64,000 bases of DNA from an uncultured delta proteobacterium. GTDB lineage: Bacteria; Desulfobacterota; Binatia; UBA9968. The stretch lies in NCBI GenBank assembly GCA_963755715.1, contig CAVWLW010000027.1, positions 128,001 to 192,000 of the forward strand, in the 5' to 3' direction. Below the pieces are notes generated by a model, which saw only the letters and a list, made by a program, of their open reading frames with translations, searched no databases and had not been told where the DNA came from. Position numbers and translations under genes: made by a program. This document shows, one piece after another, positions 50,854 to 60,091 of the stretch. The stretch's first letter is position 1, and each line of letters begins with the position of its first letter.

Positions 50854-51802
50854 TTAAGGTATGTACCGCAAATCTATCAGTTGTTGAACCGTCAATCCCT
50901 TGGCTTTGGAATTCTCCTTGGCAGCAGCATCGAGCACCACTTCCATGCCTTTTAAAGTCGGTTTGCCGTCATCGGGAGTCGCCCGCAGAGAGCCGTCATA
51001 AATCACTTCGCCCATTTGCCGGTCGGGAAGTTTGCTCAAAAAAATGATTTTCTTCACCGCCTCATCTCGATGGCTTTTAAAATAGCGCACCGATTCCACA
51101 TAAGCGCGCATGAAACTCCGCGCCGTTTGCGACTGGCTTTCGAGATAATCATCGCGCACGACAACGTTTACATGGGGAAACTCGATGCCCTTCTCGATAA
51201 AATCGAGCAAAACTCCATAGCCCATTTTTTGCGCTACCGCGGTTTCCTCCGGGCTTAGCACCGTCGCTTGGATCGCTCCCGATTTCATCGCCACCAGCCG
51301 CGCTTGCGATCCACCTACCTGGATGACTTGCACGTCGTTGGTCGCCAGCGCAAATTGATTCAACGCGAGACGGACAACGTAATCGGTATTGCTGCCAAAG
51401 CGGCTGATGCCGATCTTTTTCCCCTTCAGTTGCTCCGGGTTACGAATGCCCGCCGTCGCAATAAAAGTGTAGGGCAGCAAGTTCACCGCGCCGCCGATGA
51501 TTTTGATCTTGGCGCCTTGCAAATAGGCATTGACGACCGGCGGTCCGCCGGTCATGAGTATATCGAGGCTCTTGCCGATCAGGGCTTGGAGCGACAAAGA
51601 CCCGCCGGGGATAAATATCATCTCCAGATTAAGTCCCTGCTTCTTGAAAATCCCGGCGTCTTGACCCAGATAAATCGGCGCGATCCCGCCAAAGCCGTTG
51701 AACGCAACCCGCACGTTAGTGGTCTGGGCAAACGAGCGTACGTCAGCGCCGATGATGACACCGACCAGCAGTACTACGATGCAAATCGTTCTTAAATGTC
51801 AT
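50854..51802 (-). CDS. NMT1/SsuA-like solute-binding protein, frameshift just after the start (about 51793)
   Basis: GIFKKQGLNLE and LKGKKIGISRFGSNTD. A hydrophobic leader ICIVVLLVGVIIGA lies in frame upstream of 51714. Confidence 0.83.
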
Positions 51803-51874
51803 TCTCTTCGCTTTCCGCTGAGAAAAGCGAAATCCGAGAGCGAAACGTTTTGAACGATTGGAACGGATTTTTAT

Positions 51875-52930
51875 TCAGTTCCAAAGCGAAACCGCCATGC
51901 GTAACTTGCCGTGCTCTAAATCCGCCAGCGCTTCGTTGATCTGATCGTAGCGGTAATTTCTCGTGATCAGGCCCTTCAGCTCGATCCGGCCGAGCGTCGC
52001 CATCTGAAAAACTTCTTCGACGTCATTGGCCTGGCGGCTCGATACGCCCGTGATGGTGATTTCGCTGGTCACGAACCGCCCGCTGCTGATCGTGAAAGGC
52101 CCGTTGCCTAAACCGCCGATGATCGTTGCCGTGCCACCGGGACGGGTCGCCTGGATGATTTGATCGGAAGTCTTTGGGTTACCGATCGCCTCGAAGGCTT
52201 TGTCGACACCGCCGTCGGTGAGTTTGATCACGGCTTTCACCGGATCTTCCGCCGTTGCGTTGATCGTATGCGTCGCACCGAAATTTTTGGCTGCCGCTAA
52301 TTTTTCATCCGCGATATCGACCGCGATGATCGGATAGGCTCCGAAGCATTTGAGAAACTGAATCGTATTGAGGCCGATGCCACCGCAACCGATCACCAGC
52401 GCCGAATCCCCTGGCTCCAGGCGGGCGCGATGTTTGACCGCATTGTAAGCCGTCGTGACGCGGCAACCGACCACGCTCGCCTCTTCCATCGACATGCCGT
52501 CGGGAATTTTGAAAGCCATGTAAGCTGGCACGGATACATACTCGGCAAACCCGCCGACGTTCCAACGGGTGACAATGGTTCCGTCAATCGTTTTCAGCGT
52601 CGGTGGCGCCGGCCGACGCTCGCAGAGATTTTCCCGCGCGCTCAAACAATAGCGGCAGCGCCCGCACTTATAGCGCATGCCGATGATCACCCGGTCACCC
52701 GACTTGAAGTCTTTGCAGTACGCTCCGACCTGCTCGACAGTTCCAGCAACTTCATGGCCAAGGATCGTCGGCGGCGTAAAACGGGTCCTGCCTTCGACAA
52801 CTTTCAAGTCGGTATGGCAAACACCGCACGACGCAACCTTGATCAACACGTCCTCGTCGTCCACATCCGGCATTTTGAGCTCTTCGATCTTTAGCGGTTG
52901 GCGCGCTTCATAGAGAACGGCGGCTTTCAT
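51875..52930 (-). CDS. Zn-dependent alcohol dehydrogenase (MDR family)
   Basis: CGVCHTD, GHEVAG, CGRCRYC...C and GCGGIG. Confidence 0.92.
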   Translation of the reverse strand: MKAAVLYEARQPLKIEELKMPDVDDEDVLIKVASCGVCHTDLKVVEGRTRFTPPTILGHEVAGTVEQVGAYCKDFKSGDRVIIGMRYKCGRCRYCLSARENLCERRPAPPTLKTIDGTIVTRWNVGGFAEYVSVPAYMAFKIPDGMSMEEASVVGCRVTTAYNAVKHRARLEPGDSALVIGCGGIGLNTIQFLKCFGAYPIIAVDIADEKLAAAKNFGATHTINATAEDPVKAVIKLTDGGVDKAFEAIGNPKTSDQIIQATRPGGTATIIGGLGNGPFTISSGRFVTSEITITGVSSRQANDVEEVFQMATLGRIELKGLITRNYRYDQINEALADLEHGKLRMAVSLWN

Positions 52931-53043
52931 AAATCCTCGCTTTCAGTCGTTCTTGGCTGGTGCACGGTGGTATTTACGCCACGCAAAGACGAGCCGTCAA
53001 GCGTACCAGTTCCGCTTGGCGCAGGCATTGGCGCGATTATTTC

Positions 53044-53796
53044 TTACGGCAACGTCTTCAGCTTCTCGCGCATCTCCTGGGCGCTCATCTCCGCTCCGTA
53101 GAGCGGCCCGCCCTGCTCAAAAAGCTTTGAACGCTGCAGCGAGCCGATTTCTACCGGATCGAAGCCGGCATCACGCACCAGCCGCGATGCAATCTTCAGC
53201 GCCTGCGCGTCATCTCCCGCTATGGGGATGGCGAGTCGCGGCTCGGGACGATTGGAGAAGCTGGAAACCTTACGAGAGCTCAAGATGTTGAAGGCGCGGA
53301 CGATGCGCGCGCCGGCGAGCAGCTTTGCCGACGTGAGCGCAACGCCATTTTCCCGAGCTTGCTTGCCAATCTCACCGTCGCGGGCTAGGACCGCATTCCC
53401 GGCGTCGAGCACGATCTTGCCGGCGAATTGCTTGCCGTAATCCTTGGCAATTTGCGGATAAGCGCCGTACGGCACGCCGATGAAAACCACGTCACCAAAG
53501 CTCAAAGCTTCATCCACGGTGCCGGCGCGAGCCAGCGGACCCAGGCCGTCGACCAGTTGCTTCAAGTTCTCCGGATGGCGCGAAGAAAACAAAACTTGAT
53601 GGCCGGCCTTCACCCACAACGTGCCCACCGCGCTGCCGATATTTCCCGAGCCAATGACGCCAATTTTCATCGGCGAAGCTCCCGGTGTCGGTTGCGCAAG
53701 GGTTCCCTTGGGAAGGACTCCCAATACAACGCTCAAACCGAAGATAACCGCCAGACTGCCAAAAAACTGTCGACTCAAAAAATTAGCAGACATCAT
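53044..53796 (-). CDS. NAD(P)-binding oxidoreductase (F420-dependent NADP reductase-like) with an export-signal-like N-terminus
   Basis: IGVIGSGNIG, SSRHP, VLDAGN, VRAFN and IAGDD. Hydrophobic leader ending TLA-QP. Confidence 0.82.
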   Translation of the reverse strand: MMSANFLSRQFFGSLAVIFGLSVVLGVLPKGTLAQPTPGASPMKIGVIGSGNIGSAVGTLWVKAGHQVLFSSRHPENLKQLVDGLGPLARAGTVDEALSFGDVVFIGVPYGAYPQIAKDYGKQFAGKIVLDAGNAVLARDGEIGKQARENGVALTSAKLLAGARIVRAFNILSSRKVSSFSNRPEPRLAIPIAGDDAQALKIASRLVRDAGFDPVEIGSLQRSKLFEQGGPLYGAEMSAQEMREKLKTLP

Positions 53797-53875
53797 GACA
53801 AGCTCCTTTCCATAGAACTGTTTCGCGGCGATACCGCCTCCACGATTTGCCAACATTTGAACGTCTCCTAAAACT

Positions 53876-54919
53876 CTAGCGCGGATAAAGCTCTTTGATA
53901 AATCCTTCCTTCGCCAGCTGCTCCAGCGGCGCCGGATCGTAGAACTGCCGAGTGTCGATTCCCTTTGCTTTGGGATTTCGTGTGGCGATGTCTTCCATCA
54001 TCGCTTCGATTTCCGGCAGTGTCACCGTCGGAACGTTGCGAATGTAGCCGAGAACGTAACTTTTAAACGCGCTCGCCAGCAGCTTGGTATCCGCGGTGCG
54101 GGTATACTTGCCGAGAATTCGAATCGTGAAGTCCGGATTGGCCTTGGCGTATTTGATTCCCTCCAGTGTCGCTTTGAGAAAGCGATTCACCGTCTGCGGT
54201 CGGCCGCGAATGAAAGAATCCGTCGTGATGAGCGCGGTTCCCGGATAGCGAAATTTAACTTCGCTCAAATTCATGAATTCCTTGTAGCCAAGCTCTTTGG
54301 CTTTCTCCAAGGTCGGCGACGAGATCAGACCGCCTTTGATGACGCCCTGCTGCATAAAAAGCAAGATCTCCGGCACGCCGCCGGTTTGAATCATTTTGAT
54401 GTCTTTGTTGGCGTCTAAACCCAGTTCGGTGACGGCCTTTCTCAAGCCGAGATCGGTCAACGAACCGAATCGGCTGACGCCGAAAGTTTTTCCTTTGAGA
54501 TCTTGCGCCGTGGCGATATCGGGAGCGGTCACGAGACTCATGGGAATAACGTTGATCGTCGTGCCGATCACGGTCGCATCCGAGCCCGACAATCGCGACA
54601 ATGCCGCGGCGGCGCCCGAGCCTTGCACGATATGCGCGTCGCCGGAAAGTAAGGTCGTGATCGCTTGGGCCCCGGAAACATAAATGATGTTCACGTCGAG
54701 TCCGTATTTCTTGAAGATGCCGGCTTCGTGCGGCACCCAGGTGGTAATCGACGTCGCAGCAATCGACGAATAGCACACATTGAGTTTTTCCAGCTCGCCG
54801 ACTTGTGCGCCGCGCGCGCTCCCGTTGATAGAAACAGCGAAAATGAGCGAAAACAAAGTTAATGCGGTTGCTGTACTTCGTAGCTTCATCGAATGCATCC
54901 TCCGGCTCGGCACATTCAT
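53876..54919 (-). CDS. NMT1/SsuA-like solute-binding protein
   Basis: GIFKKYGLDV, DLKGKTFGVSRFGSLTD and LAKEGFIKELY. Confidence 0.87.
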   Translation of the reverse strand: MNVPSRRMHSMKLRSTATALTLFSLIFAVSINGSARGAQVGELEKLNVCYSSIAATSITTWVPHEAGIFKKYGLDVNIIYVSGAQAITTLLSGDAHIVQGSGAAAALSRLSGSDATVIGTTINVIPMSLVTAPDIATAQDLKGKTFGVSRFGSLTDLGLRKAVTELGLDANKDIKMIQTGGVPEILLFMQQGVIKGGLISSPTLEKAKELGYKEFMNLSEVKFRYPGTALITTDSFIRGRPQTVNRFLKATLEGIKYAKANPDFTIRILGKYTRTADTKLLASAFKSYVLGYIRNVPTVTLPEIEAMMEDIATRNPKAKGIDTRQFYDPAPLEQLAKEGFIKELYPR

Positions 54920-55060
54920 AAAAACCTGCCGTTTTAGTCGTCGCGGCTGACGTTAGAGAAGGCGCTTCGACAAGTCAAGGTAGTGATTATGCCGCGTTGA
55001 GTTGGGTTTTTCGCTGTGATATCTCCGGTGAAGTCCGAGCTTTGCCGTGAAAGTTGAATT

Positions 55061-56269
55061 ATGAGCAAAGAGATTGAATCTGTCGGCGTCGTCGGCCTCG
55101 GCGTCATGGGCTTCGACATCGCGTTTCTGTACGCGATGAAAGGTTTTCCCACTGCCGTATTTGACGCCTCCCAAGCGGCCATGGACGCTCTCGACAATCG
55201 CCGGGAACAAACCATTGAGCGGCTCAACAAACGAAATCGGATCAGTGAAAGCGAGTGTGACAATGTTCGAAGGCTGTTGGTAAAATCCTCGGCCATTGAG
55301 GGATTAGCAAGCACGGATTTGGTGACGGAAGCAGTTTCGGAGAACGCGCGAACCAAACTGGCGGTTTACCGCTCTCTCAAAGCCGCCGGGTTCACGGGGC
55401 TGTTAACGACCAATACTTCTTCCGTAGCTCGCGCTACTTTGCTCGCTGACGGAGTTTGCGATCCAAAGAATTTCGCCCTGACCCATTTCTTCAATCCGGT
55501 GCTTCACACGCAGATGGTCGAAGTCGTGAAGGGCGATATGGCAGAGGCGCAGGGCAACACCGTGATTGGGTTTTTGAAAGGAATCGGCCGCCAGCCCGTG
55601 GAGACCCGCGACATTTCAGGCTTCGTCTCCAACAGCATCCTGATGATTTACGCCGTGATGGCGCTCCGCTTGTTGGAATGTGGCGCGCGCATCGAGCAAG
55701 TCGACCAAGCCGCGCGAGAGCTCAAGCTGCTCCCACCTTTGTTTAGCTTCGACAGTTGGAAGCCGTCCATCGTCGAAGATGTCACTCGCGTCATGTTCGA
55801 GCATCGAGGTGACGCTTTCTTGCGTTCTTCAAAACTGCTCGCCCGATTGGCAAAAGACAATCCCGCATTCTATGTCGACCGATTACCCAATGCGAAAATC
55901 TACGACCTCGCCGAAGCGCACGGCCGATCGATCGATGACGAGAGTATAAAGCACGCGCTGCGCGCGTCCATGATCATCGCCGCCGCGCGCGTTGCCGAGC
56001 TTGGCGAATCGCCCGCGACCATCGATTTCGTCGCGACCGAAGGGATCAAACTGCCCCAGCCGCCGTTAAAAGAGATCGACGGCGTCGGCGCTGCGACGGT
56101 CCTCGACGAATTGGCACGAACAAACCGGCAACTGGGGAGCGCGCCGTTGGCGCCGCCCAAACTTCTCATCGCGATGTCGGCGGAGAGTCAAACTTTCTAC
56201 AAGAACGGCCAGCCGAATCCTTGGCTGTCGGCTTACACGGAACGGGCGACAACCCATGCGCGCCATTGA
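55061..56269 (+). CDS. 3-hydroxyacyl-CoA dehydrogenase family protein
   Basis: GVVGLGVMG, EAVSE, TNTSS, HFFNP and GFVSN. The C-terminal half is divergent. Confidence 0.85.
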   Translation: MSKEIESVGVVGLGVMGFDIAFLYAMKGFPTAVFDASQAAMDALDNRREQTIERLNKRNRISESECDNVRRLLVKSSAIEGLASTDLVTEAVSENARTKLAVYRSLKAAGFTGLLTTNTSSVARATLLADGVCDPKNFALTHFFNPVLHTQMVEVVKGDMAEAQGNTVIGFLKGIGRQPVETRDISGFVSNSILMIYAVMALRLLECGARIEQVDQAARELKLLPPLFSFDSWKPSIVEDVTRVMFEHRGDAFLRSSKLLARLAKDNPAFYVDRLPNAKIYDLAEAHGRSIDDESIKHALRASMIIAAARVAELGESPATIDFVATEGIKLPQPPLKEIDGVGAATVLDELARTNRQLGSAPLAPPKLLIAMSAESQTFYKNGQPNPWLSAYTERATTHARH

Positions 56270-57092
56270 CGTTCACGTCCATCCGAGCACACGGGGACTC
56301 GATACCCATGCGTGCAGTTATTTCCGCCGAAATCTCAGCGAAGTTCCACAAACGCCGGAAACGTTCGCTGAATTATATATTAAGCACGACGTGAAAGCGC
56401 CGCTGATCGGCTGGCATCCTTCTACCGTCAACGAAGGTAGCCGGAACAGCAACGACCACGTCCTCGACCTCGCAACGAGATTTCCGAACGCGTTTTTGGG
56501 AATTCTCGCGTCGCTCGATACCGGCGCCGAGAATCTCGACGCTGTCGCGCATTATGCGCAGGAACTAGTCCGCAATGCCAAAGTTCTCGGCTTCAAATTC
56601 CATCCACCCGACCAAGGTTTTTACCCCAACGATCGAAAGTTCTACCCGATTTGGGAAGTGCTTCAGGCCAGCGGCAAACCGGTGATGTTTCACGTCGGCT
56701 TTACCGTGCTCGGCGCCAACACCGACGGCGGCAGCGGCATCGCCCTCGACTACGGCCGGCCGATCCATCTCGATACTCTCGCCCGCGATTTTCCGCTCAT
56801 GAAGATCATCGCCGCGCATCCCGGTTGGCCTTGGGAGCAAGAGCTCATCGGCGTCGTGACCCACAAGAAAAACCTATTCGTCGACACCTCCGGCTATCTC
56901 GCCGAACAATTGCCGGAGATTTTTCTCAAGGCAATCGGCGGCCGCCTTCAGGACAAGGCGCTCTTCGGCACCGACTTTCCATACGTTGATTTAGAGAGGG
57001 CGCTCATCAGCTTCGATAAACTGAATTTCAAGCAGTCGGTAAAAGACAAAATCCTCTTCGCCAATGCGCAGTCGTTATTCGGATTAAAGTAG
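56256..57092 (+). CDS. Amidohydrolase_2, CouO-like (aryl-beta-ketoacyl-CoA hydrolase) subfamily
   Basis: IDVHVH, GFKFHP..Q.F.PND, GG.GI.L.Y..P, DFP...IIAAHP.WPW, HK.N...D.SG and LFGTDFP. Overlaps the upstream gene by 14 nt. Confidence 0.75.
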   Translation: MRAIDVHVHPSTRGLDTHACSYFRRNLSEVPQTPETFAELYIKHDVKAPLIGWHPSTVNEGSRNSNDHVLDLATRFPNAFLGILASLDTGAENLDAVAHYAQELVRNAKVLGFKFHPPDQGFYPNDRKFYPIWEVLQASGKPVMFHVGFTVLGANTDGGSGIALDYGRPIHLDTLARDFPLMKIIAAHPGWPWEQELIGVVTHKKNLFVDTSGYLAEQLPEIFLKAIGGRLQDKALFGTDFPYVDLERALISFDKLNFKQSVKDKILFANAQSLFGLK

Positions 57093-57112
57093 ACGCCGTG
57101 CCGGCGCTTCTT

Positions 57113-57150
57113 ACCCTCGCCCGCTTGCGGGAGAGGGCGAGGGTGAGGGT
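57113..57150. repeat. Intergenic palindromic element (CCCTC..CC..GGGAGAGGG..GGGTGAGGG type)
   Basis: accctcgcccgcttgcgggagagggcgagggtgagggt. Confidence 0.6.
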
Positions 57151-57183
57151 TCTTCGACAGCTCAGCGAAAAAGAGGTCGAGCA

Positions 57184-58176
57184 ATGAAGCGAGTCTTGAT
57201 CTTCCTGATTCTCAATTTTCCATTATCCATTCTCCATTTCTCCCCCGCTCAAAGCGCCGCGCTCGAGCGTCTGAGAGTAGGATATCCGTCCCCGAGCGCC
57301 AATTTCTATCCGCTCTTCGCGACTAAAGAGGCAAATCTATTTGAGAAGTACGGCTTCGAACCCGAAATGATCTATGTCCAAGGAGTTCAATTGATCGCGG
57401 TCCAAGTGGCCGGTCAGTTGGATTTCTCGTCGGTCTCCGGTCTGGTGTTTCTCCAAGCATCGGTCGAAGGATCGGACCTCATTCTCCTCGCCAGCTCCAA
57501 CGACAGTCAGCCGATGAAGCTCATGGTTCACAGCGGCATCACCGGTCCGAAAGATCTCCGCGGCAAGACCGTGGCGGTTACACGCTTCGGTTCTCTTACC
57601 GATTTGCTGCTTCGTCCGGTGCTCAAAAATTGGGGATTGGAACCACAGAAGGACGTGAACCTGCTGCAGATCGGCAGATTGCCCGACATGGTTTTGGCCA
57701 TTGCACAGAAGAAAGTCGATGGCGGCGTAATCTCTTTTCCGAATTCATTGCAGGCCGAGAAAATGGGTGTCAAAACGCTTCTCGACTTCGCCGAGTCGGG
57801 TTTGGACATTCCCTCCACCACGGTGGTGGCAAGCCGCAAATACGCCACCTCTCACCGGGAGGTTGTTTTGAGATTTCTCAAAGCATACATCGAGGGCACG
57901 CGCCGTCTTCTCACCGACAAAGAACTCGGCATTCGCGCGCTCAGAAAGTACGGCGGAGTCAATGACCGGGAACTTCTGACGACAACCTATGATCTTTTCA
58001 CCACTCGCTACACCAAGAAGGTGCCGAAGATCAATCCAAAGACGGTGGAAACAGCGTTGAACCTGCTTGCGGAGGGTAATCCTAAAGCAAAAGGCCGTAA
58101 AGCCGAAGAATTTATGGACACGAGCTTTATGGACGAGCTGGAATCAACGGGATTTATCAACGCGGTTTGGAAATGA
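57184..58176 (+). CDS. NMT1/SsuA-like solute-binding protein
   Basis: LFEKYGFEPE, DLRGKTVAVTRFGSLTD and FMDTSFMDELESTGF. Confidence 0.87.
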   Translation: MKRVLIFLILNFPLSILHFSPAQSAALERLRVGYPSPSANFYPLFATKEANLFEKYGFEPEMIYVQGVQLIAVQVAGQLDFSSVSGLVFLQASVEGSDLILLASSNDSQPMKLMVHSGITGPKDLRGKTVAVTRFGSLTDLLLRPVLKNWGLEPQKDVNLLQIGRLPDMVLAIAQKKVDGGVISFPNSLQAEKMGVKTLLDFAESGLDIPSTTVVASRKYATSHREVVLRFLKAYIEGTRRLLTDKELGIRALRKYGGVNDRELLTTTYDLFTTRYTKKVPKINPKTVETALNLLAEGNPKAKGRKAEEFMDTSFMDELESTGFINAVWK

Positions 58177-58179
58177 GAC

Positions 58180-58208
58180 CGTAGCGGCGGACCTCTGTGT
58201 CCGCCCTT
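58180..58208. repeat. GTAG-type REP-like hairpin
   Basis: cgtagcGGCGGAC-ctctgt-GTCCGCCct immediately after a stop codon. Confidence 0.55.
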
Positions 58209-58257
58209 GCTCGGAATCGCAGCGAGGGAGTACGTAAGAAGAAGGAGCGATTAAAGC

Positions 58258-59943
58258 ATGCCTCAAGAAAAAATCGCGTCACAAGCATACCTCGAAGTCG
58301 CGGCGGCACATGGCGTCGAATATGTTTTCGGTTTGCCCGGCACCAGCGGCCAGGAATTTATCGGCACCATCGCCGATCAGGAAAAAATCCGCTTCATCCT
58401 CGCTCTCCATGAAACCTGCGTAGTCTCCATGGCCGATGGTCACGCGCGCGTGACCGGCCGGCCCCAGCTCGCCCAAGTAAGCACCTTGCCCGGCTCCTGC
58501 AATGCGGTCGGCGCGCTTTACGACGCCTATCGCGACCGCTCGCCGGTCATCGTCACGTCGACCAACGTCGACACGAGAATCGTCGGGCGTGACTCGCACA
58601 CGGAAGGCAAAGACCTGGTTGAAATGACCAAGCAGTTCACCAAGTGGAGCGCCGAGGTTCATCGCGCCGACCGTATTCCGGAATATTTAAATCGCGCTTT
58701 CAAAGTCGCCGCGACGCCGCCGACCGGGCCGGTTTATCTGGCGCTGCCGAGCAACTTGCTCGGCGAATCGATCAGCGTCGAGAATCCTTTCGCCGAGCGC
58801 TCGCGCATCGCGCCGCGCATCGGCGCCGATCCCGAAGCGCTGGCTGAAGCCGCCAAGCTGCTTACGCAAGCCAAGCGCCCGGTGATCGTCGCCGGCAGCG
58901 GCGTTGCCAAAGCCGGCGCGGTCGACGAGCTGATCAAGTTCGCTGAGATGATCGCCGCGCCGGTAGTCATGGAGCCACGCTACTCGTTTCTGAGTTTTCC
59001 GACCGATCACGCGCAGAGCTTTCAAGTCGCCGAGCGCCAGCCGTCGTTCAATCTACCGGTTTGGGGCGAGCCGGATTTGTTGCTCGCCATCGGCTGCCGG
59101 CTGATCCGCGAGTATCGCTACCTGTCGGAGCCGGTGATCAAACCGGAAACTCGCTGCATTCACATCGAGGAAGATCCCTGGGAGATCGGCAAAATATTCC
59201 CCGTCGACGTCGGCATCATCGCCGACGCGCGCAGCGCGCTGCGCTCTCTGCTCGATGTTTATCCACGGATTGCCTCGGACACGAACGGAAAAAGAAACGA
59301 GCGGCTCGACTGTATCAAAAAAGCCAAGGAACAAGTGAACACCGAGTTGGAAACACGAGTCAAACAGGGCTGGGACGCAACGCCAATCAACACGGCGCGG
59401 CTTGCTCGAACCATGGATCGGTTGATCGAGAAGGACGCCCTGATCGTCAACGAAAGCCCGACCAGCAAAGATATTCTGATGGCCAATTTTCAGTTCTCCA
59501 AAAGCCGCTCTTACTTTTCCAATTCTTCCGGCGGTTATCTTGGCTGGGGCCTCGGTGCCGCGATCGGCGCCAAACTCGCCTCGCGCAATCGCCGCGTGGT
59601 TGCCTGCCTCGGCGACGGCAGCACCATGTTCGGTCTGCAGGGTTTGTGGACGCTGGCAAAATACCGCGTGCCGTTAACGGTCATCGTGTTCAACAACCGC
59701 GCCTACATGGCGGTGAAGAATCAGTTCCGCGGCTCCGAAGAGCGCGTGAGAATTGCCGCCGAAATGGGCGCCGAACTGGTTGGACCCGATTTAAATTTTG
59801 CCCGGCTTGCCGACACCTTCGGCATCTTCGGCCAACGTGTCGAACAACCCGACGCCATCGAGCCCGCGCTCAAGCGCGCCTTGGAACAAAACGGACCCGC
59901 GCTCGTCGACGTCGTGATCGCGCAAAACACGAGGAAAGATTGA
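58258..59943 (+). CDS. ThDP-dependent enzyme, benzoylformate decarboxylase-like
   Basis: VFGLPGT, LHE...SMADG, NESPTS, GGYLGWGLGAAIG and GDGS...VFNN ThDP motif. Confidence 0.85.
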   Translation: MPQEKIASQAYLEVAAAHGVEYVFGLPGTSGQEFIGTIADQEKIRFILALHETCVVSMADGHARVTGRPQLAQVSTLPGSCNAVGALYDAYRDRSPVIVTSTNVDTRIVGRDSHTEGKDLVEMTKQFTKWSAEVHRADRIPEYLNRAFKVAATPPTGPVYLALPSNLLGESISVENPFAERSRIAPRIGADPEALAEAAKLLTQAKRPVIVAGSGVAKAGAVDELIKFAEMIAAPVVMEPRYSFLSFPTDHAQSFQVAERQPSFNLPVWGEPDLLLAIGCRLIREYRYLSEPVIKPETRCIHIEEDPWEIGKIFPVDVGIIADARSALRSLLDVYPRIASDTNGKRNERLDCIKKAKEQVNTELETRVKQGWDATPINTARLARTMDRLIEKDALIVNESPTSKDILMANFQFSKSRSYFSNSSGGYLGWGLGAAIGAKLASRNRRVVACLGDGSTMFGLQGLWTLAKYRVPLTVIVFNNRAYMAVKNQFRGSEERVRIAAEMGAELVGPDLNFARLADTFGIFGQRVEQPDAIEPALKRALEQNGPALVDVVIAQNTRKD

Positions 59944-59969
59944 CGCAGCGAGAGAGCAAAATAAGACTC

Positions 59970-60046
59970 ACCACGAAGGACACGAAGAGCACGAAGGTCG
60001 AGTCTCAATTATCAAAACCCTTCGTGTCCTTCGTGATCTTCGTGGT
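59970..60046. repeat. Nonamer-periodic inverted repeat (CACGAAG / CTTCGTG)
   Basis: accacgaagga cacgaagag cacgaagg ... ccttcgtgtc cttcgtgat cttcgtggt. Confidence 0.8.
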
Positions 60047-60091
60047 AAAACTCTTTCTGCTCGACCTCGCAACGCAAACTTAGGAGGGAGT

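Noticed and set aside
59970-60046. Periodic repeats as a mini CRISPR array
   Set aside because: Units are 7-9 bp, inverted, and lack unique spacers. No cas genes are present.
59061-60083. 340-aa overlapping ORF
   Set aside because: Off-frame shadow of the ThDP enzyme. Its TTKDTKSTK tail is just the translated nonamer repeat.
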